64,000 bases of DNA from Octopus vulgaris (taxonomy: Eukaryota): the NCBI GenBank assembly GCA_951406725.2, contig OX597827.1:84196001-84260000 (forward strand), read 5' to 3'. Positions 45,000-58,135 of this stretch are shown here, one piece after another. Under the pieces are notes generated by a model. That model had not been told where the DNA came from. It saw only the letters and a list, made by a program, of their open reading frames with translations, and ran no database searches. The position numbers were made by a program, and so were the translations under genes. Each line of letters begins with the position of its first letter. Position 1 is the first letter of the stretch.

Positions 45000-46280
45000 A
45001 AAGTCTGCTACTACAGTAGGACCACTGACCAACGAGCCTGCCAGTATAGAAAAACCTCTACTATGCCCACGTCAAAAACCCTGTCGTTACCATTCTCAAG
45101 GTAACTGTAGATTTGCCCCAGCGGCACCAACATCAAGGGACGCTGTGCTTTTTTCCATCCTACCTTATGCCGTAGACTTGTAAGGGCACCTGTCCATTTG
45201 GTATAACGGGAAAAAACTGCCCTCACCTCCTCCCCAAATGCTGTCCTAAATACAGAGTCCATAGCCCTGATCCTAAATATGGATGCACAAAAGGGACTGT
45301 CTTGGGCCCGCTCCTCTTTAAAATCACTGCAAAGTGAAAATATTTAATGATGATACTAAGCTCCAGCAAATCATCAATGAAGAAGACCGAACTGAACTCC
45401 AGTCTGATCTATATGCTGTGAGTCAATGGGCAGATAAAAACAAAATTCAACTGAACGAGGGAAAATTTGAGCTGATGCATTTTGGAAGAAAGTCTATACT
45501 AAAACAGTCATACTCTCTTCCTTCAGGGAAACCGCTCACAGCATCTAATAATATCAGAGACCTAGGTGTAATTGTTGATAACAATCTCAGCTGGAGTGCC
45601 CACATCAACACTAAGGTCGATATAGCTCGTAGGATGAGCTCCTGGATCCTAAGATCCTTCCGGTCCAGAGAACAAGGTGTCATCATTCCTCTTTTCTCCT
45701 ACTTTGCACGGTCATACCTCGAATGCTGCTGCCCCTTGTGGTCTCCCCATACAAAACAAAACATCTCGAGAATTGAATCACCCCAGGGGTAACTCACTAA
45801 ACGAATTGAAGGCATGACTGATCTCGATTACTGTGACCGCTTTAAAGCCTTGAAATTCTACTCTCTCCAGCGCCGCCGCGAGCGGTACATCATTTGCACG
45901 ATGTGGAGAATATACAGCCAGCATCGCCCAAATGACCTGAACATTAGTTTCAAGGTTCATCTAAGGCTGGGACCACGGGCCATTTGTCCCCTGCCCAATT
46001 CAGGATCACAAGATATAGGTACACTGCGACATAATTTCTTTCCATTAAACAGGCCCTGCCCTGTTTAACATTGTTCCAAAACTGATTAAAGAGGAAAAGG
46101 ATCCCATCACCTTTAAACGGAGTCTGCACAGGTTTCTTAAAGGAATACCAGATAAGCCACCCATACCTGGATACAACACACTCAACAAGAACTCACTACT
46201 TGAATGGGCCATAAACAAAATTTGACTTAAAAAGGATTTAGATAATCCTAACAGGTGGTGCTTTGGTCGAAACATATCTA
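45000..46280 (+). mobile_element. CR1-group LINE, internally deleted (same family as 1-910)
   Basis: GTVLGPLLF, FNDDTKL, IRDLGVIVD, YSLQRRRERY; upstream PCRYHSQGNCRF segment. Confidence 0.88.
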
Positions 46281-46296
46281 CGTTTTATCTAAGTTA

Positions 46297-46815
46297 CCGT
46301 AAATCCTCGAGTATAATCCGCCCTTGAGTATAATACGCAGGGGATTTTTAGGGGGCTGTACTTCTGAAAAATCTAAAGTTTGTGTTTAATACGCACCCCT
46401 TCTCTAACTTGAGTTGTGCGTAAATAAGCCAGCAGCACCTAGTCGAACAAACACTTCCGCGCATGCGTAATACAATAATGATGTTCTTAACAGTTATATG
46501 GGAATGTAAATATGTTTGCAAATTGTTTTTGTTACATGTTATTCTGTGTTCTGAATACTTTTATTTTAATAAATGTTGCTTACTGCAAGTTATGGATGAT
46601 TCTTTTATGACTTCATTGCTTTCAGTCTTAGCTTAAGGTATTTTCGCGCCCGACATCACAAAATGCGTCTGAATAAACATTGCCGGAGTGCAAATAGAGA
46701 CTGGGACATTGCTTAGAAAATATTTTTCATTTTTAACCTCGTATATCGTACACACTAGGGATTTTGACCTTTAAATTTTTGGAAAAAAATGCGGATTATA
46801 CTCGAGGATTTACGG
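46297..46815. mobile_element. Non-autonomous Tc2/pogo-like MITE
   Basis: Perfect TIR CCGTAAATCCTCGAGTATAATCCGC / GCGGATTATACTCGAGGATTTACGG with a TA duplication. Confidence 0.9.
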
Positions 46816-46819
46816 TATA

Positions 46820-46857
<38 letters not shown>

Positions 46858-46884
46858 GCCATGTGTGTGTGTGTGTATCTTTCG

Positions 46885-47130
46885 ATGCCAGAAATATTGG
46901 TGGGTGTGTTCCTATTGGTGGGACATTCCCATCAAAGCTTCCGCACGGAACAAACCTGATATAGTTACATACGACAGAAAGTACAGTTCTGTTGGTCAGC
47001 TACCCAACATTATACCAGTGACTATAAGTGTATGTGGTGATGTTAGCAAAGTGGTGTCATGTCGAAAATCTGGGATTCAGGCAAAGAAAGCCAACCCACA
47101 TCTTACAAAGACAATGTACAAAGTTCAACG
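46885..47130 (+). mobile_element. Small decayed Dong/R4 endonuclease fragment
   Basis: YWWDIPIK...NKPDIVTYDRK. Confidence 0.55.
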
Positions 47131-47460
47131 ATGATAAAAGTTCATCTGTCATTGTCGTTATCCAAATTCCATACAAATAGATACACACGTACACATATAC
47201 ATAATAATATACGCATACTAATAGGTACTTATACAGACACATACGCACATAAATTATGATTGTAATACACACACACATATATACAAATATATATTTATAG
47301 ACACACACACCTATACACATACCTATATATATACACACACACGCATTATACATGTGTGTGTGTGTATACACGCGGATACCTGCGCACACGCGGGCGCGCA
47401 CACACACGTGTATACACGCCTGTCTGTATGTGTGTATATATTAAGATTAACTTAATGCAC

Positions 47461-47505
47461 CATAATCCGATGATGGTTTCGCTGGCCGAAACTTCGAAGT
47501 CACTG
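47461..47505 (+). ncRNA. Hammerhead-like motif, probably a PLE terminal remnant
   Basis: CCGATGA TGGTT...GGCC GAA ACTTCGAAGT C: palindromic stem III, GUC triplet, one core substitution. Confidence 0.45.
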
Positions 47506-47611
47506 TCAGTGTTATTCTTGTTAAAGAATAAACAAATTTGTACAAAAGTACGGAATAACTCTTGAGATTAATGTAAAATTCTTTTTATTGTAACTGAACA
47601 GAAAACCATTA

Positions 47612-47658
<47 letters not shown>

Positions 47659-47950
47659 TGGAAGCTGAATTCTTTCCATTTACGGTGCTTTTGTAAGATG
47701 TCAGACATTTGATGGCATGAGACAATCATGGACATGTTCCGCTGTTGTGGTGGCGAACATGTCTGCCAAAGTTAAATGCAATGATTTATAGAATTATTGG
47801 GTTTTGTGAAATGGTTGGCAGTGAAGACAATTTGAAAACAGTTGAATTTCAAGGCGCAGGGGCAGGAAGAAGAAGAAGACCCAATCTGGGTTCGAAAGAC
47901 ACTAAGAATGGGTGAGTGATGCTAACGAGAAAATATTTTGGCGGACAATA

Positions 47951-48050
47951 GTGAACAAGGATGAACATGGGTGATCAGGAGTGAACACAGGTGACCAGAG
48001 GCGATTAGAGGTGAACAGAGGTGAACAGAGGTGAATCGTAATGAACAGGA
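47951..48050. repeat. 10-bp periodic repeat (GTGAACAGAG-like, about 10 units)
   Basis: Direct reading. Confidence 0.8.
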
Positions 48051-48092
48051 AAATGAAACAAATGTCTGTTTCCATATGAATACAAAAGAGAA

Positions 48093-48093
<1 letters not shown>

Positions 48094-48123
<30 letters not shown>

Positions 48124-48262
48124 ACAGCAGCAGCATCCGCAGCAGCATCTGCAGCAGCATCAGCAGCATCCGCAGCAGCATCCGCAGCAGCATCAGCAGC
48201 AGCATCCGCAGCAGCATCCGCAGCAGCATCCGCAGCAGCATCCGCAGCAGCATCCGCAGCAG
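48094..48262. repeat. (CAA/CAG)n grading into a 12-bp GCAGCAGCATCC repeat
   Basis: Direct reading. Confidence 0.9.
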
Positions 48263-48539
48263 TAGATCAATGTCTTGTGCCCTCTGCGTTCTTCCATATA
48301 AAGCAGAACCATGGCCCCTCATGAATACCTTAGCAGAGAGGACTGACAGCTTCGATGGCTGAGCCGTCGGGAACACCAGATGGTACCATCGTGTTTTCAA
48401 CAAAGAACTGCGTGCTTGCATGCATCCGCCTGCTTCGCACCTCCTCACAGCAATCCGCAGCTTGCGCTCGTACGGACATATCTTCGGCCTAGCGCCAGAT
48501 CATCTTGTCAGGTTCTTAATGCCGTTCGATACAGCAGCT

Positions 48540-48700
48540 GCGGATTAGACGAGACCTCGTGGCAGCCCCGCACCAGATGGCTGGACGTTATTAAGGAAGA
48601 TCTGCAGAGGTTCGACGTCATCTTGACAGATGTAGAGGGGCTGGTACGGGAGGCACTGGTAGACCTGGTCGGCTCTAGGCACGATGAGGCCTTTGCGACC
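48540..48700 (+). mobile_element. RTE-like LINE C-terminal remnant
   Basis: RPRG..PRTRWLDVIKEDL motif. Confidence 0.55.
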
Positions 48701-48852
48701 ACAAACCTGGGATATCCCCAGCCCAATCACGTAGAGCACAAGCAATACACACACACACACACACTACTTGCTTCTTGCTTGCTAATCTAATATAATCCAT
48801 ACATACACACACACACACATGCACTCATACACGCACACCGTATATAAAGTGT

Positions 48853-48966
48853 GTCGACTTTACCGTTCATCCTTTTGGGTCGATAAAATAAGTACCAGTT
48901 GACACTGAGGTCGACTCATCCCCCTCCCCCGAACTTGCTGGCCTTGCGCCAAAATTTGAAGCCAAT
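48853..48966 (+). mobile_element. SINE family B 3' half
   Basis: TTCATCCTTTTGGGTCGATAAAATAAGTACCAG. Confidence 0.75.
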
Positions 48967-49606
48967 CTAAAAAAGGACGAAATATCATAAAAACCAGTGT
49001 AAAACTGTCCTTAGGTGTTTCTAAAAGTCAAGTTATTTTACATGAGTAAAAAATATCTTGTTGTTTAGTCCAAGGCTCATCTTCACTGAACTTACTTATA
49101 ATCAAATGTACTCCAACCATGACCATCACGCCTTTGTGTCACTCATTATATCTGGTATTACTTCACACCGAGTGTCTTTACTGAGGACTTCTAACAAGAC
49201 CGGAACAGTCCTCACGTTCACATCCCTCACTCTGTCAACACTCACCCATTCAATTTTAATTTAAACCATCGAGTTATCTTCCCTTAATAACTCCATGTTT
49301 TTTTTCCATTTTCATAACATATTTTAAACTCATTACATCATCTTTCCGCGCGCACACACACGCACTTAACTATAAAGTTTTCGTGCAGAAGACAGCCCCT
49401 GAGTAAGTTCTTCTAGTCATTGCTTTAATTATGTTTCTTCTTCCGTTGACATTTAAGGCATATCTTAGAGGCGGCCATCTCAGATGTTTGAACAGTGCGA
49501 TTTATTAGTGAAGACGTTCCTGTATTTTTCAGTCCATGTCAGGGCCCCAAGATAAATAGGTAACGGTTACAAAACACACGTACACACACACATGCACACA
49601 CACACA

Positions 49607-49679
<73 letters not shown>

Positions 49680-49711
49680 GCACACACACACACACGCACA
49701 CACACACACTC

Positions 49712-49758
<47 letters not shown>

Positions 49759-50386
49759 CACACACACGCACACACACACACACGCACACACACACTCACA
49801 CACACACACGCACACACACACGCACACACACACTCACACACACACACACACACGCACATACACTCACATGCAGAATAGGGGTTACGTGTGAAAAAGGGTA
49901 GGTGGTGTAGCACTGTTTTATCTTTTGTGATGAACGATCTAAGATGGTAATAAAGACCCTATCAATGTCTGTGCAAGATGGTGGCTGGATGTGGTGGCAT
50001 TCATTATCTCTCCAAATATTCTAAATCCCCCCTATTGGCCCCATCCCCCTCTTTTATCTAACTGACGTTGTCAGCAAGGTAAAAGATTTGGCTGGAATTT
50101 GCTGGGTAAGATTCCTAAGTGGGGTCAGAGATAGGGGACAGTAGCTGAGTGTCAGAATGATTTATATTCTAGAGTTTTCTATGTCCGGAATGTAATCAGC
50201 GGTGGTGGTGGTGGTGGTGATGGTGGTGGTGGCGGCGGCGACGGTGGTGAAGAAGATGAGGTGAAAGACAACACTGTGTAGCACGGAAATGTGTCACGTG
50301 ATGGTGTGTATCTGTGCAAGTGTGTACATATGTATGTGTATATGTATGGCATAGTGATATATATACACGTATGTTTGTGTGTATGC

Positions 50387-50426
<40 letters not shown>

Positions 50427-50822
50427 GTATGTTTGTGTGTATATGTGCATGTGTATATAGTACACATTGAGAGAGAGACAATGAGGTGGGGGAGGAGAGC
50501 AGCGGTATAATGTTTCAAAAATGAAAATAGTTTAAGATCTATTGTATAGCTCAGTAAAAAAAAGAGTTTTGTGGCGTGATGAGACAATGGACTGTGTGTA
50601 GAACAAAATATAGGACCCTATACATACATACATACATACATACATACATACATACATACATACACGCGTACATACATACATACATACATACATACATACA
50701 TACATACATACGTATATACATACTTGCATATACACACACACACATACATACGTATATACATACTTGCATACACACACACACACACACAAATACACACACA
50801 CATATGTATGTATATATACACA

Positions 50823-51910
50823 CAGGGGTTGGACAAAATAATGGAAACACCTTAAAATTTCAAACAAATTTATTTTCATAAAGGAGTAGGTCCACCTTTG
50901 GCAGTAATTTTTATCCATTCTTCAGCTAAAACAGTCTTCAGGTCTTGTAGTGATGATGGTGGAGGATATGGACTCCTTACATGTTTTTCTAAATTGTTCA
51001 ATAATATTCAGATCTGGGGACTGTGGTGGCCAGATAAGATTTTCAACTTCACTAGAATGTTCCTCATGCCATTCAGTAACAACTTTAGCTGTGTGAATTG
51101 GTGCATTATCATCCTGAAAGACTGTGTTTTCCCCCGGAAACAGTTCCACAACCATAGGATGAATTGGATCAGATAAAATACTTAAATAGTCTTGATTATT
51201 AATTCTGCCATGAAGGGAAACCATTGGGCTGGTGGATTTCCAAGATATAGCCCCACCCCCGGATCATCACAGATCTTCCTCCATGTTTATCAATCGGAAG
51301 AAGGCAGTCTGGGTCAAATTATTTTGGCTGTTTCCACACGTATACCCGGCTGGTGGTCGGAAATAAGGTAAAGGGTGACTCGTCCAAGAAAATAACATTC
51401 TTCCACTGCTTTAGGGACCAATTCTGTAGGTTTTTACTCCACTCTAAATGCTTTGCAACGTTTGTTTCTGAAAGTAGTTGTTTTCTGATTGTAGCCCATG
51501 AAATCCGGCTTTGTGCAGCTCCCGGTGAATTTTTTGTAGAAACTGGGTTCTCGAGGTGATCATTAAGCTCTGCAATAATTTTGGGAGCTGTACATTTGTG
51601 ATCCTTTCTTACAATTTGCATAAGAGTCCGACAGTCCCTATCTGAAAGTTTAGGTTTTCTTCTGGAGTTTTATTTCGACGAGGAGGTTTTCCCTCTTTTT
51701 CAAAGGCTGTCATTACTTTCGAGACATTACTTCTTGATACACCAAACATTTCGGCTGTTTTCGTTATGCTAGCCATTTTAGCGAAACATATTAAGCAACA
51801 CTAATAATAAATCAAAAAACAAAAATAAACAAGCTTTTGACGGTTTTCTAGATATTTCAAAATTATGATGATATGATGCTAGGTGTTTCTACTATTTTGT
51901 CCAACAACTG
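50823..51910 (-). mobile_element. Second copy of the DD36E Tc1-like transposon, internally deleted
   Basis: TIR CAGGGGTTGGACAAAATAATGGAAACACC / GGTGTTTCTACTATTTTGTCCAACAACTG; FQDDNAPIH...SPDLNIIE. Confidence 0.92.
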
Positions 51911-51921
51911 TATGTATATAT

Positions 51922-52111
<190 letters not shown>

Positions 52112-52272
52112 CACGTATACATTACCGTTATTTGCACGTCAAATTCTGACCCAACTTCATTTTTTTTTTTTCATTGCAAATTACTACCACGGGTCTCCAT
52201 CTTATCGATACATCATGAAGACAGAGGAGTATCAAGTGATGCAGTGGAAACTTGCATGAAAATGTTGAAAAT

Positions 52273-52333
<61 letters not shown>

Positions 52334-52609
52334 CATTATCATCATCATTATTATTAGCAGGCGTGGATCGTCTTTACTTTTCCAGGGCCCAAGGAGGTTG
52401 AGGCTTGATCTAATTTAAAACCTTTTACAAAACCACCACAACTAGGTTGGCCAATGAGCTTAAAATGTGTAACGACTGGATGCTAAAACTTGTTGAAAAT
52501 CACGTGAAGAGTCATGAGGGAGAGCAAAAAACACATTGCTGTTGAGTTCATGCATAAAATCCATATTGAAAACATGATGGAGGTGCAGCAAGTGTTGTTG
52601 CAAAGAAGG

Positions 52610-53717
52610 TGAAATCAATGGTAATGCGTTCGAACAATTGGTCGATAGGTGGGAACAGAAACTTGTGCATGGTAAATATGTGGCCCGTTGCAAACAAGCT
52701 GATGTTGATCAGTGACTACGGAGCACAGGGCTGCAGCCAGAGAGCGAAGGCTTTATTTTAGCTGCTCAAGATCAGAGCTTATTGACCCGTAACTACCAAG
52801 CCAATGTGATGAAAAATGGGGTCGATCCAAAGTGCCGATTCTTCAATGATGAGAATGAAACACTGGACCACCTAATCTCTGGATGTAAAATTTTAGCCCC
52901 AGTGGAATATAAATGAAGACACGACAGAGTTGGCCATTATCTACATTGGTTAATATGTTCACATTATAAAATAAAATCTCTTGACAAATGGTATAAGTAC
53001 CAACCCGAGGCTGTAAATGAAGGAGAAAATGTAACGATTCTTTGAGACTTTCCAGTACATACAGACAGAACCATCAAAGCTAATGAGCCGGATATTGTTG
53101 TGAAAGATCAAAACAATAAAGTCTGTTTATTGATCGGCGTCAGTATTCCTTGTGATCATAATATCTCGGCAAAAGAATTTGACAAGCTCAGAAAATATAA
53201 AGATTTGCTGATTGAAATCGAAAAGAATGTGGCATCCCAAGGCGGTTACAATACCTGTGATTGTGGAAGGCCTTGGAATGATCAGAAAAGGAAAGGAAAA
53301 TTTTGCGAGAATGATCCCTCGTTTACCATCCATCCATCCATCCATCCATCCATCCATCCATCCATCCATCCATCCATCCATCCATCCATCCAAGAAGTGG
53401 AAAAGATTTTGTTTTAACTGCTACGTCACACGTATTAAGGAGAGCTCTGTCGCTGTGAGAACGATTACAAGCCATGCAGGCTTTTTCTTTTTTGTTTTCT
53501 TTCGCACACTTGACTTTGTGAATGAAAAATCTGGAAGATATGATCGGATGGACAGAGGGAATAGGCACAAAACCCAGTTTAGTCCGGCTGCAGAAAACAT
53601 TGTTATTAGGGACAACTAGGATACTTAGGAGGGTTCTTGGCATCTAAGGTTATTTGTTGGCCGATGTTAGGATTTTGTTTGTTTACCAACAGTCTAATCT
53701 GTTGTGTGTATATGAAC
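52610..53717 (+). mobile_element. Dong/R4 3' fragment with an internal (CATC)n, ending in (ATA)n
   Basis: [44 protein letters not shown]. Confidence 0.88.
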
Positions 53718-53770
53718 ATAATAATAATGATGATGATGATGATTAATAATAATAATAATAATATTAATAA

Positions 53771-53984
53771 TCCGTTCTACTAAAGGCACAAGGCCTGACA
53801 TTTCTGGGCAGGGGACAAGTCGATTACATCGACCTTCAGTGTTTCACTACTACTTAATTTATCGACCCCGAAAAGATGAAAGGCAAAGTCGACCTCGGTG
53901 GAATTTGAACTCAGGACTTAAAGACGGACGAAATGCTGCTAAGCATTTTGTCCGGAGTGCTAACGATTTTGCCAGTTCGCCGCT
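53771..53984 (-). mobile_element. SINE family B, full length, with its (ATT)n tail facing the Dong fragment
   Basis: Reverse complement of the GGCGAACTGGC head through the GTAGAACGG-ATT tail. Confidence 0.85.
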
Positions 53985-54414
53985 TTATGAAATAATATTA
54001 AATCAGAAATTTCTTCAACTTTTTTTTGACATTTTACTGTGATTTCTTCGTCTCACTTCACTGCCCCTCCCGGCAAAAAATGTGAGTCAAAATGGGTTAA
54101 ATGTTAATAAAAGTACTTTGGTATTTTCGTACTTTTTTTTATTTCTAGAAACAAACCGTTCAATTTAGAAAGAATTCAAATTTTCCCATCAACGCCAACA
54201 CCAACAACAATAGTAGTAGCAGCAGCAACAACAACAGCAGTAGCCGCAGCAGAAAAAAACAACAATAACAACAACAACAATGCTATTTTGCAGGCTGTAA
54301 ACCGTTAAAACTAAACTAAAACCTACAATAATAGTTAATGGTGTTTGATAGATCAATATAGATCAGATTTAAAACTTCAAATTCCCGCAGGAAATGTCAA
54401 CTGACAACCTAATG

Positions 54415-54462
<48 letters not shown>

Positions 54463-54673
54463 CGAAAATCAGTTACCATGGAAACGACTTTGTAATTTCT
54501 GGTTAGAATTTTTTTTGTCTTTTTCTCTATTTAAATAACGATTTTTCGTTTCGCTTTACTCCTTCCGGCAATGTATTTTTCTATGTATCTATATGTATGA
54601 ATGAATGTATGAATGAATGTATGTATGTGTTTGATCGTATATATATATATACACATATATATATATTTGTATG

Positions 54674-54734
<61 letters not shown>

Positions 54735-54960
54735 ATGTATATATATCTCAATGTATATGTATATGTAGATAGTTACGTATATGAGTATATATGCAAGTAT
54801 GAAAGTATGTGTCTGTAAGTAAGTTTGAGTTTTTACTTGTACTTATGTCTTATATATGCATACATACATACATACATACATCATACATATACATACATAC
54901 ATACATCATACATACATACATACATACATACATACATACATACATACATACATACGTAAA

Positions 54961-54991
<31 letters not shown>

Positions 54992-55391
54992 GTGTGTGTG
55001 TGTTACACACACACACACAGACATATATGCACATGCGTACGTGTGTGTATCTCTGTCTGTCTCTCTGTCTCTCAGTCTTCCCCTCTCTCTGTAGCTATTT
55101 ATCTATGCAGGTGTGTGTATATATGTGTTATACAAATTTAGATATGTATACGCATATGCGTAACAGTAAGAGTATATAGAATATTCCAGTTCTGAAAGAG
55201 CAAAAATGTTTCCTATTCATTATCGTAACGTGTTTTATCAGCATTTAACTAACCATGCATTCTGGATTATAGCCACAACACCACAGCAAACTAGAGATCA
55301 AATAGTGCAGATTCACGTACATGTATATATGGATGTTCGTATGTATGTATAGACAGCTCAGTCTATACATGCATTCGAACATCCATATATA

Positions 55392-56282
55392 CAGGGTGCG
55401 GTGAGTAAACTGTTCTTTAAATTACGCCAAAATGAAAATAACACTGACATCTCATTTTAACAGATGTATTTACCAAAATTGCATTAAAATATCTTGAAAT
55501 ACTAAAGAGAAAATTTATGCAATAAAATCGCCATTGGCTTCAACCATGGCCTCCAGACGATTTCGGAATCTGCTGCAACTCTTCTGGGCGGTCTCCTTGT
55601 TTAAGTTAGTGAATCCTGTCATAATCCTTGCCTTCAGTTCATCTTTGGTGTTACAAGGAGTTTTTTGGTCTCTCACTTAACTGTGCCCCACACATATTAA
55701 TCAAGGAGGTTCCAGTCGGGGGAGTTAGGTGGCCAGTTGTTAGGGGTGATGTGGTCGCAGAAATTGTCTGACAGCCACGACTGGGTTCTCCTGCTTGTGT
55801 GGTAAGGTGCAGAGTCCTGTTGCCAGACCAAGGGTCTTCCAGCAGCCACCCTCTTGACCCAAGGCAGCACTACCTCCACCAGGCACTTTATGTAGGAATC
55901 CATGTTGAGTCTGAGGCTATATGGGAAGATGAATGGAGGCATGATGTTGCCATCACTATAGTGATCACTCCAAACACCATGGTGTTGACTAGATGTTTGA
56001 TTTTTATCACTCTCGGTACATGTCCTCAGATTGCACTGTCCGCAGATTGACACCTAAACACTCTGAAATGTTTGTATTGGAGCTTCCAGCACAAATGCCG
56101 AGCAGTACAGCGTGTTGTCTCCAAATTTCTGGCAGAATCAATTGTGTCATGGTGCTGTTTTTTCTCGCAGACGGTGCCCAACTGACCCTACTATATTGCG
56201 TAGTCGACAAAATCTAAAACAGACAATGCACATGCGCAAAATAAAGAATATAAAATGGCGATAGTTCACCCATCGCACCCTG
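55392..56282 (-). mobile_element. maT-type (DD37D) Tc1/mariner element, internally deleted
   Basis: TA|CAGGGTGCG...CGCACCCTG|TA; WQQDSAPYH...WPPNSPDWNLLD with 37 residues between the Ds. Confidence 0.88.
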
Positions 56283-56314
56283 TATATGTGTGCGTGTATA
56301 CATACATACATACA

Positions 56315-56386
<72 letters not shown>

Positions 56387-56649
56387 GGCGCAATGGCCCA
56401 GTGGCTAGGGCAGCGGTTTCGATTCCCAGAACGGGCGTTGTGTGTGTTTATTGAGCGGAAACACCTAAAGCTCCAAGATGCTCCGGCAGGGGGTGGTGAT
56501 CCCTGTTGTACTCTTTCACCACTCTTTCTCTCACTCTTTCTTCTGTTGGCCTGCTCGCTTAGCCAGCGGGGTGGCGTCATTCGAAGGCTAAAACAATGCG
56601 AACGCATTGTGACCAGCGATGTGTAACAACATCTGATGGTCTGGTCGGT

Positions 56650-56657
<8 letters not shown>
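56387..56657 (+). mobile_element. tRNA-derived SINE, family D
   Basis: TGGCCCAGTGG A-box, GTTTCGATTCC B-box; the tail GTGACCAGCGATGT is also seen near 36636. Confidence 0.75.
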
Positions 56658-56708
<51 letters not shown>

Positions 56709-56783
56709 GGAGTAAACACATAAATGTGAAACAAGGTGGAAAAAAGAGTACTCAAATACCAGTGGTAGAGTAATATGCTCTTT

Positions 56784-56835
56784 TTTTAAGCAGCAGAAAA
56801 TTTAACAAAAATTGTTGAATTTTCTGCTGCTTAAA

Positions 56836-56836
<1 letters not shown>
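56784..56836. repeat. 25-bp hairpin
   Basis: TTTTAAGCAGCAGAAAATTTAACAA aaa TTGTTGAATTTTCTGCTGCTTAAAA. Confidence 0.85.
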
Positions 56837-56876
<40 letters not shown>

Positions 56877-56934
56877 ATACACGCACATGCTCATAACAGA
56901 ACGAAACATATATGTATGTATATTTTAAAAAAAG

Positions 56935-57250
56935 ACTCCGCCGGTTACGACGACGAGGGTCCCAGCTGATACGATCAACGGAACAGCTTGCTCGTGAAAT
57001 TAACGTGCAAATGGCTGAGCATTCCACAGACACGTGTACCCTTAACGTAGTTCTCGGGGATAATCAGCGTGACACAGAGAGTGACAAGGCTGACCCTTTG
57101 AAATACAAGTACAACTCATTTTTGCCAGCTGAGTGGACTGGAGCAACGTGAAATAAAGTGTCTTGCTCAAGTACACAACGCGTCGCCGGGAATCGAACTC
57201 ACAACCTTACGATCATGAGCCGAATGCCCTAACCACTAAGCCACGCGCCC
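56935..57250 (-). mobile_element. tRNA-derived SINE, family C
   Basis: Minus strand GGCGCGTGGCTTAGTGGTTAGG...GAGTTCGATTCCC followed by CTTGAGCAAGACAC. Confidence 0.85.
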
Positions 57251-57299
57251 TCACATGTATGTATATATGTATGTATGGAAGGATGGATGTATCTTTCCT

Positions 57300-57477
57300 C
57301 TTTCTCTTCTTTCAATTATCAGACTGCGGCCATGCTGGGGCACCGTCTTGAATTTCTTTTTAGTGAACTTAGTCGACCCTAGTAATTTTTTTAAAGCCTA
57401 TTATTTATTCTATTGATATCTTTTGCTGAACCGCTAAGTTACGGTGGCATATTCACACCAGCACCAGTTGTTAAGCG

Positions 57478-57543
<66 letters not shown>

Positions 57544-57673
57544 CGGACTATTTTCAGTTTCCGTTAACCAAATCCACTCTATAGAAGAAAACACTTGCCC
57601 AAGGTGCCACGCAATGGGATTGAACCCTGAACCATGGTTGGGAAGCAAGCTTTTTACCACACAGCCACGCCTG
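57300..57673 (-). mobile_element. SINE family A, diverged
   Basis: Reverse-complement homology to family A. Confidence 0.8.
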
Positions 57674-57909
57674 TATGTGTGTATGGATGTACGCACGTAC
57701 ACATATTCAAATATGTATATATATATATATCAAATTATTTTGCAAGATTTGTAATGTGAAATTGTGTGTTGAAACAGATGTACTTTGAGGTGGTCATTTA
57801 TTTGAGGTGGTCATTATATGTAAGTTTGTAATGTGTATACATATACACTCTCTCTCTCTCTCACGCGCGCACACACACACACATTTTAAAGAATTAATTC
57901 GGAAGAGGG

Positions 57910-58016
57910 ACCACAACAATCGTTTCGGCTTTATTCTGCACTGCTCCCTAGTGGGCGTGGAGCGATGTAATAACACCAGATGCTACGCACATTGGAAAAA
58001 AGCCTCATCAGGTGAT
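57910..58016 (-). ncRNA. Type I hammerhead ribozyme motif with canonical core and extended stem II
   Basis: ATCAC CTGATGA GGCTTT..~70 nt..AAAGCC GAA ACGATTGT T GTGGT. Confidence 0.7.
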
Positions 58017-58032
58017 GTAAGATGCTTCACGT

Positions 58033-58135
58033 GTTCCCAGATTTACTTCAAGTTTTATGCTGATGGTGTCCCAACTGCTAGATTCACACCATCAGCATAA
58101 AACTTGAAGCAAAAATGAAAAGTAAATCTGGGAAC
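58033..58135. other. Hairpin with a perfect 24-bp stem, 16-nt loop and a second lower stem
   Basis: 58046-58069 is the exact reverse complement of 58086-58109; 58033-58047 is the reverse complement of 58121-58135. Confidence 0.9.

Noticed and set aside
48031-48324. Ala/Ser-rich, antifreeze-like ORF (ASAA)n
   Set aside because: 12-bp minisatellite derived from (CAG)n; no supporting gene structure
57180-57250. Functional tRNA genes at SINE heads
   Set aside because: A/B boxes are present but there is no complete cloverleaf and they continue into SINE bodies
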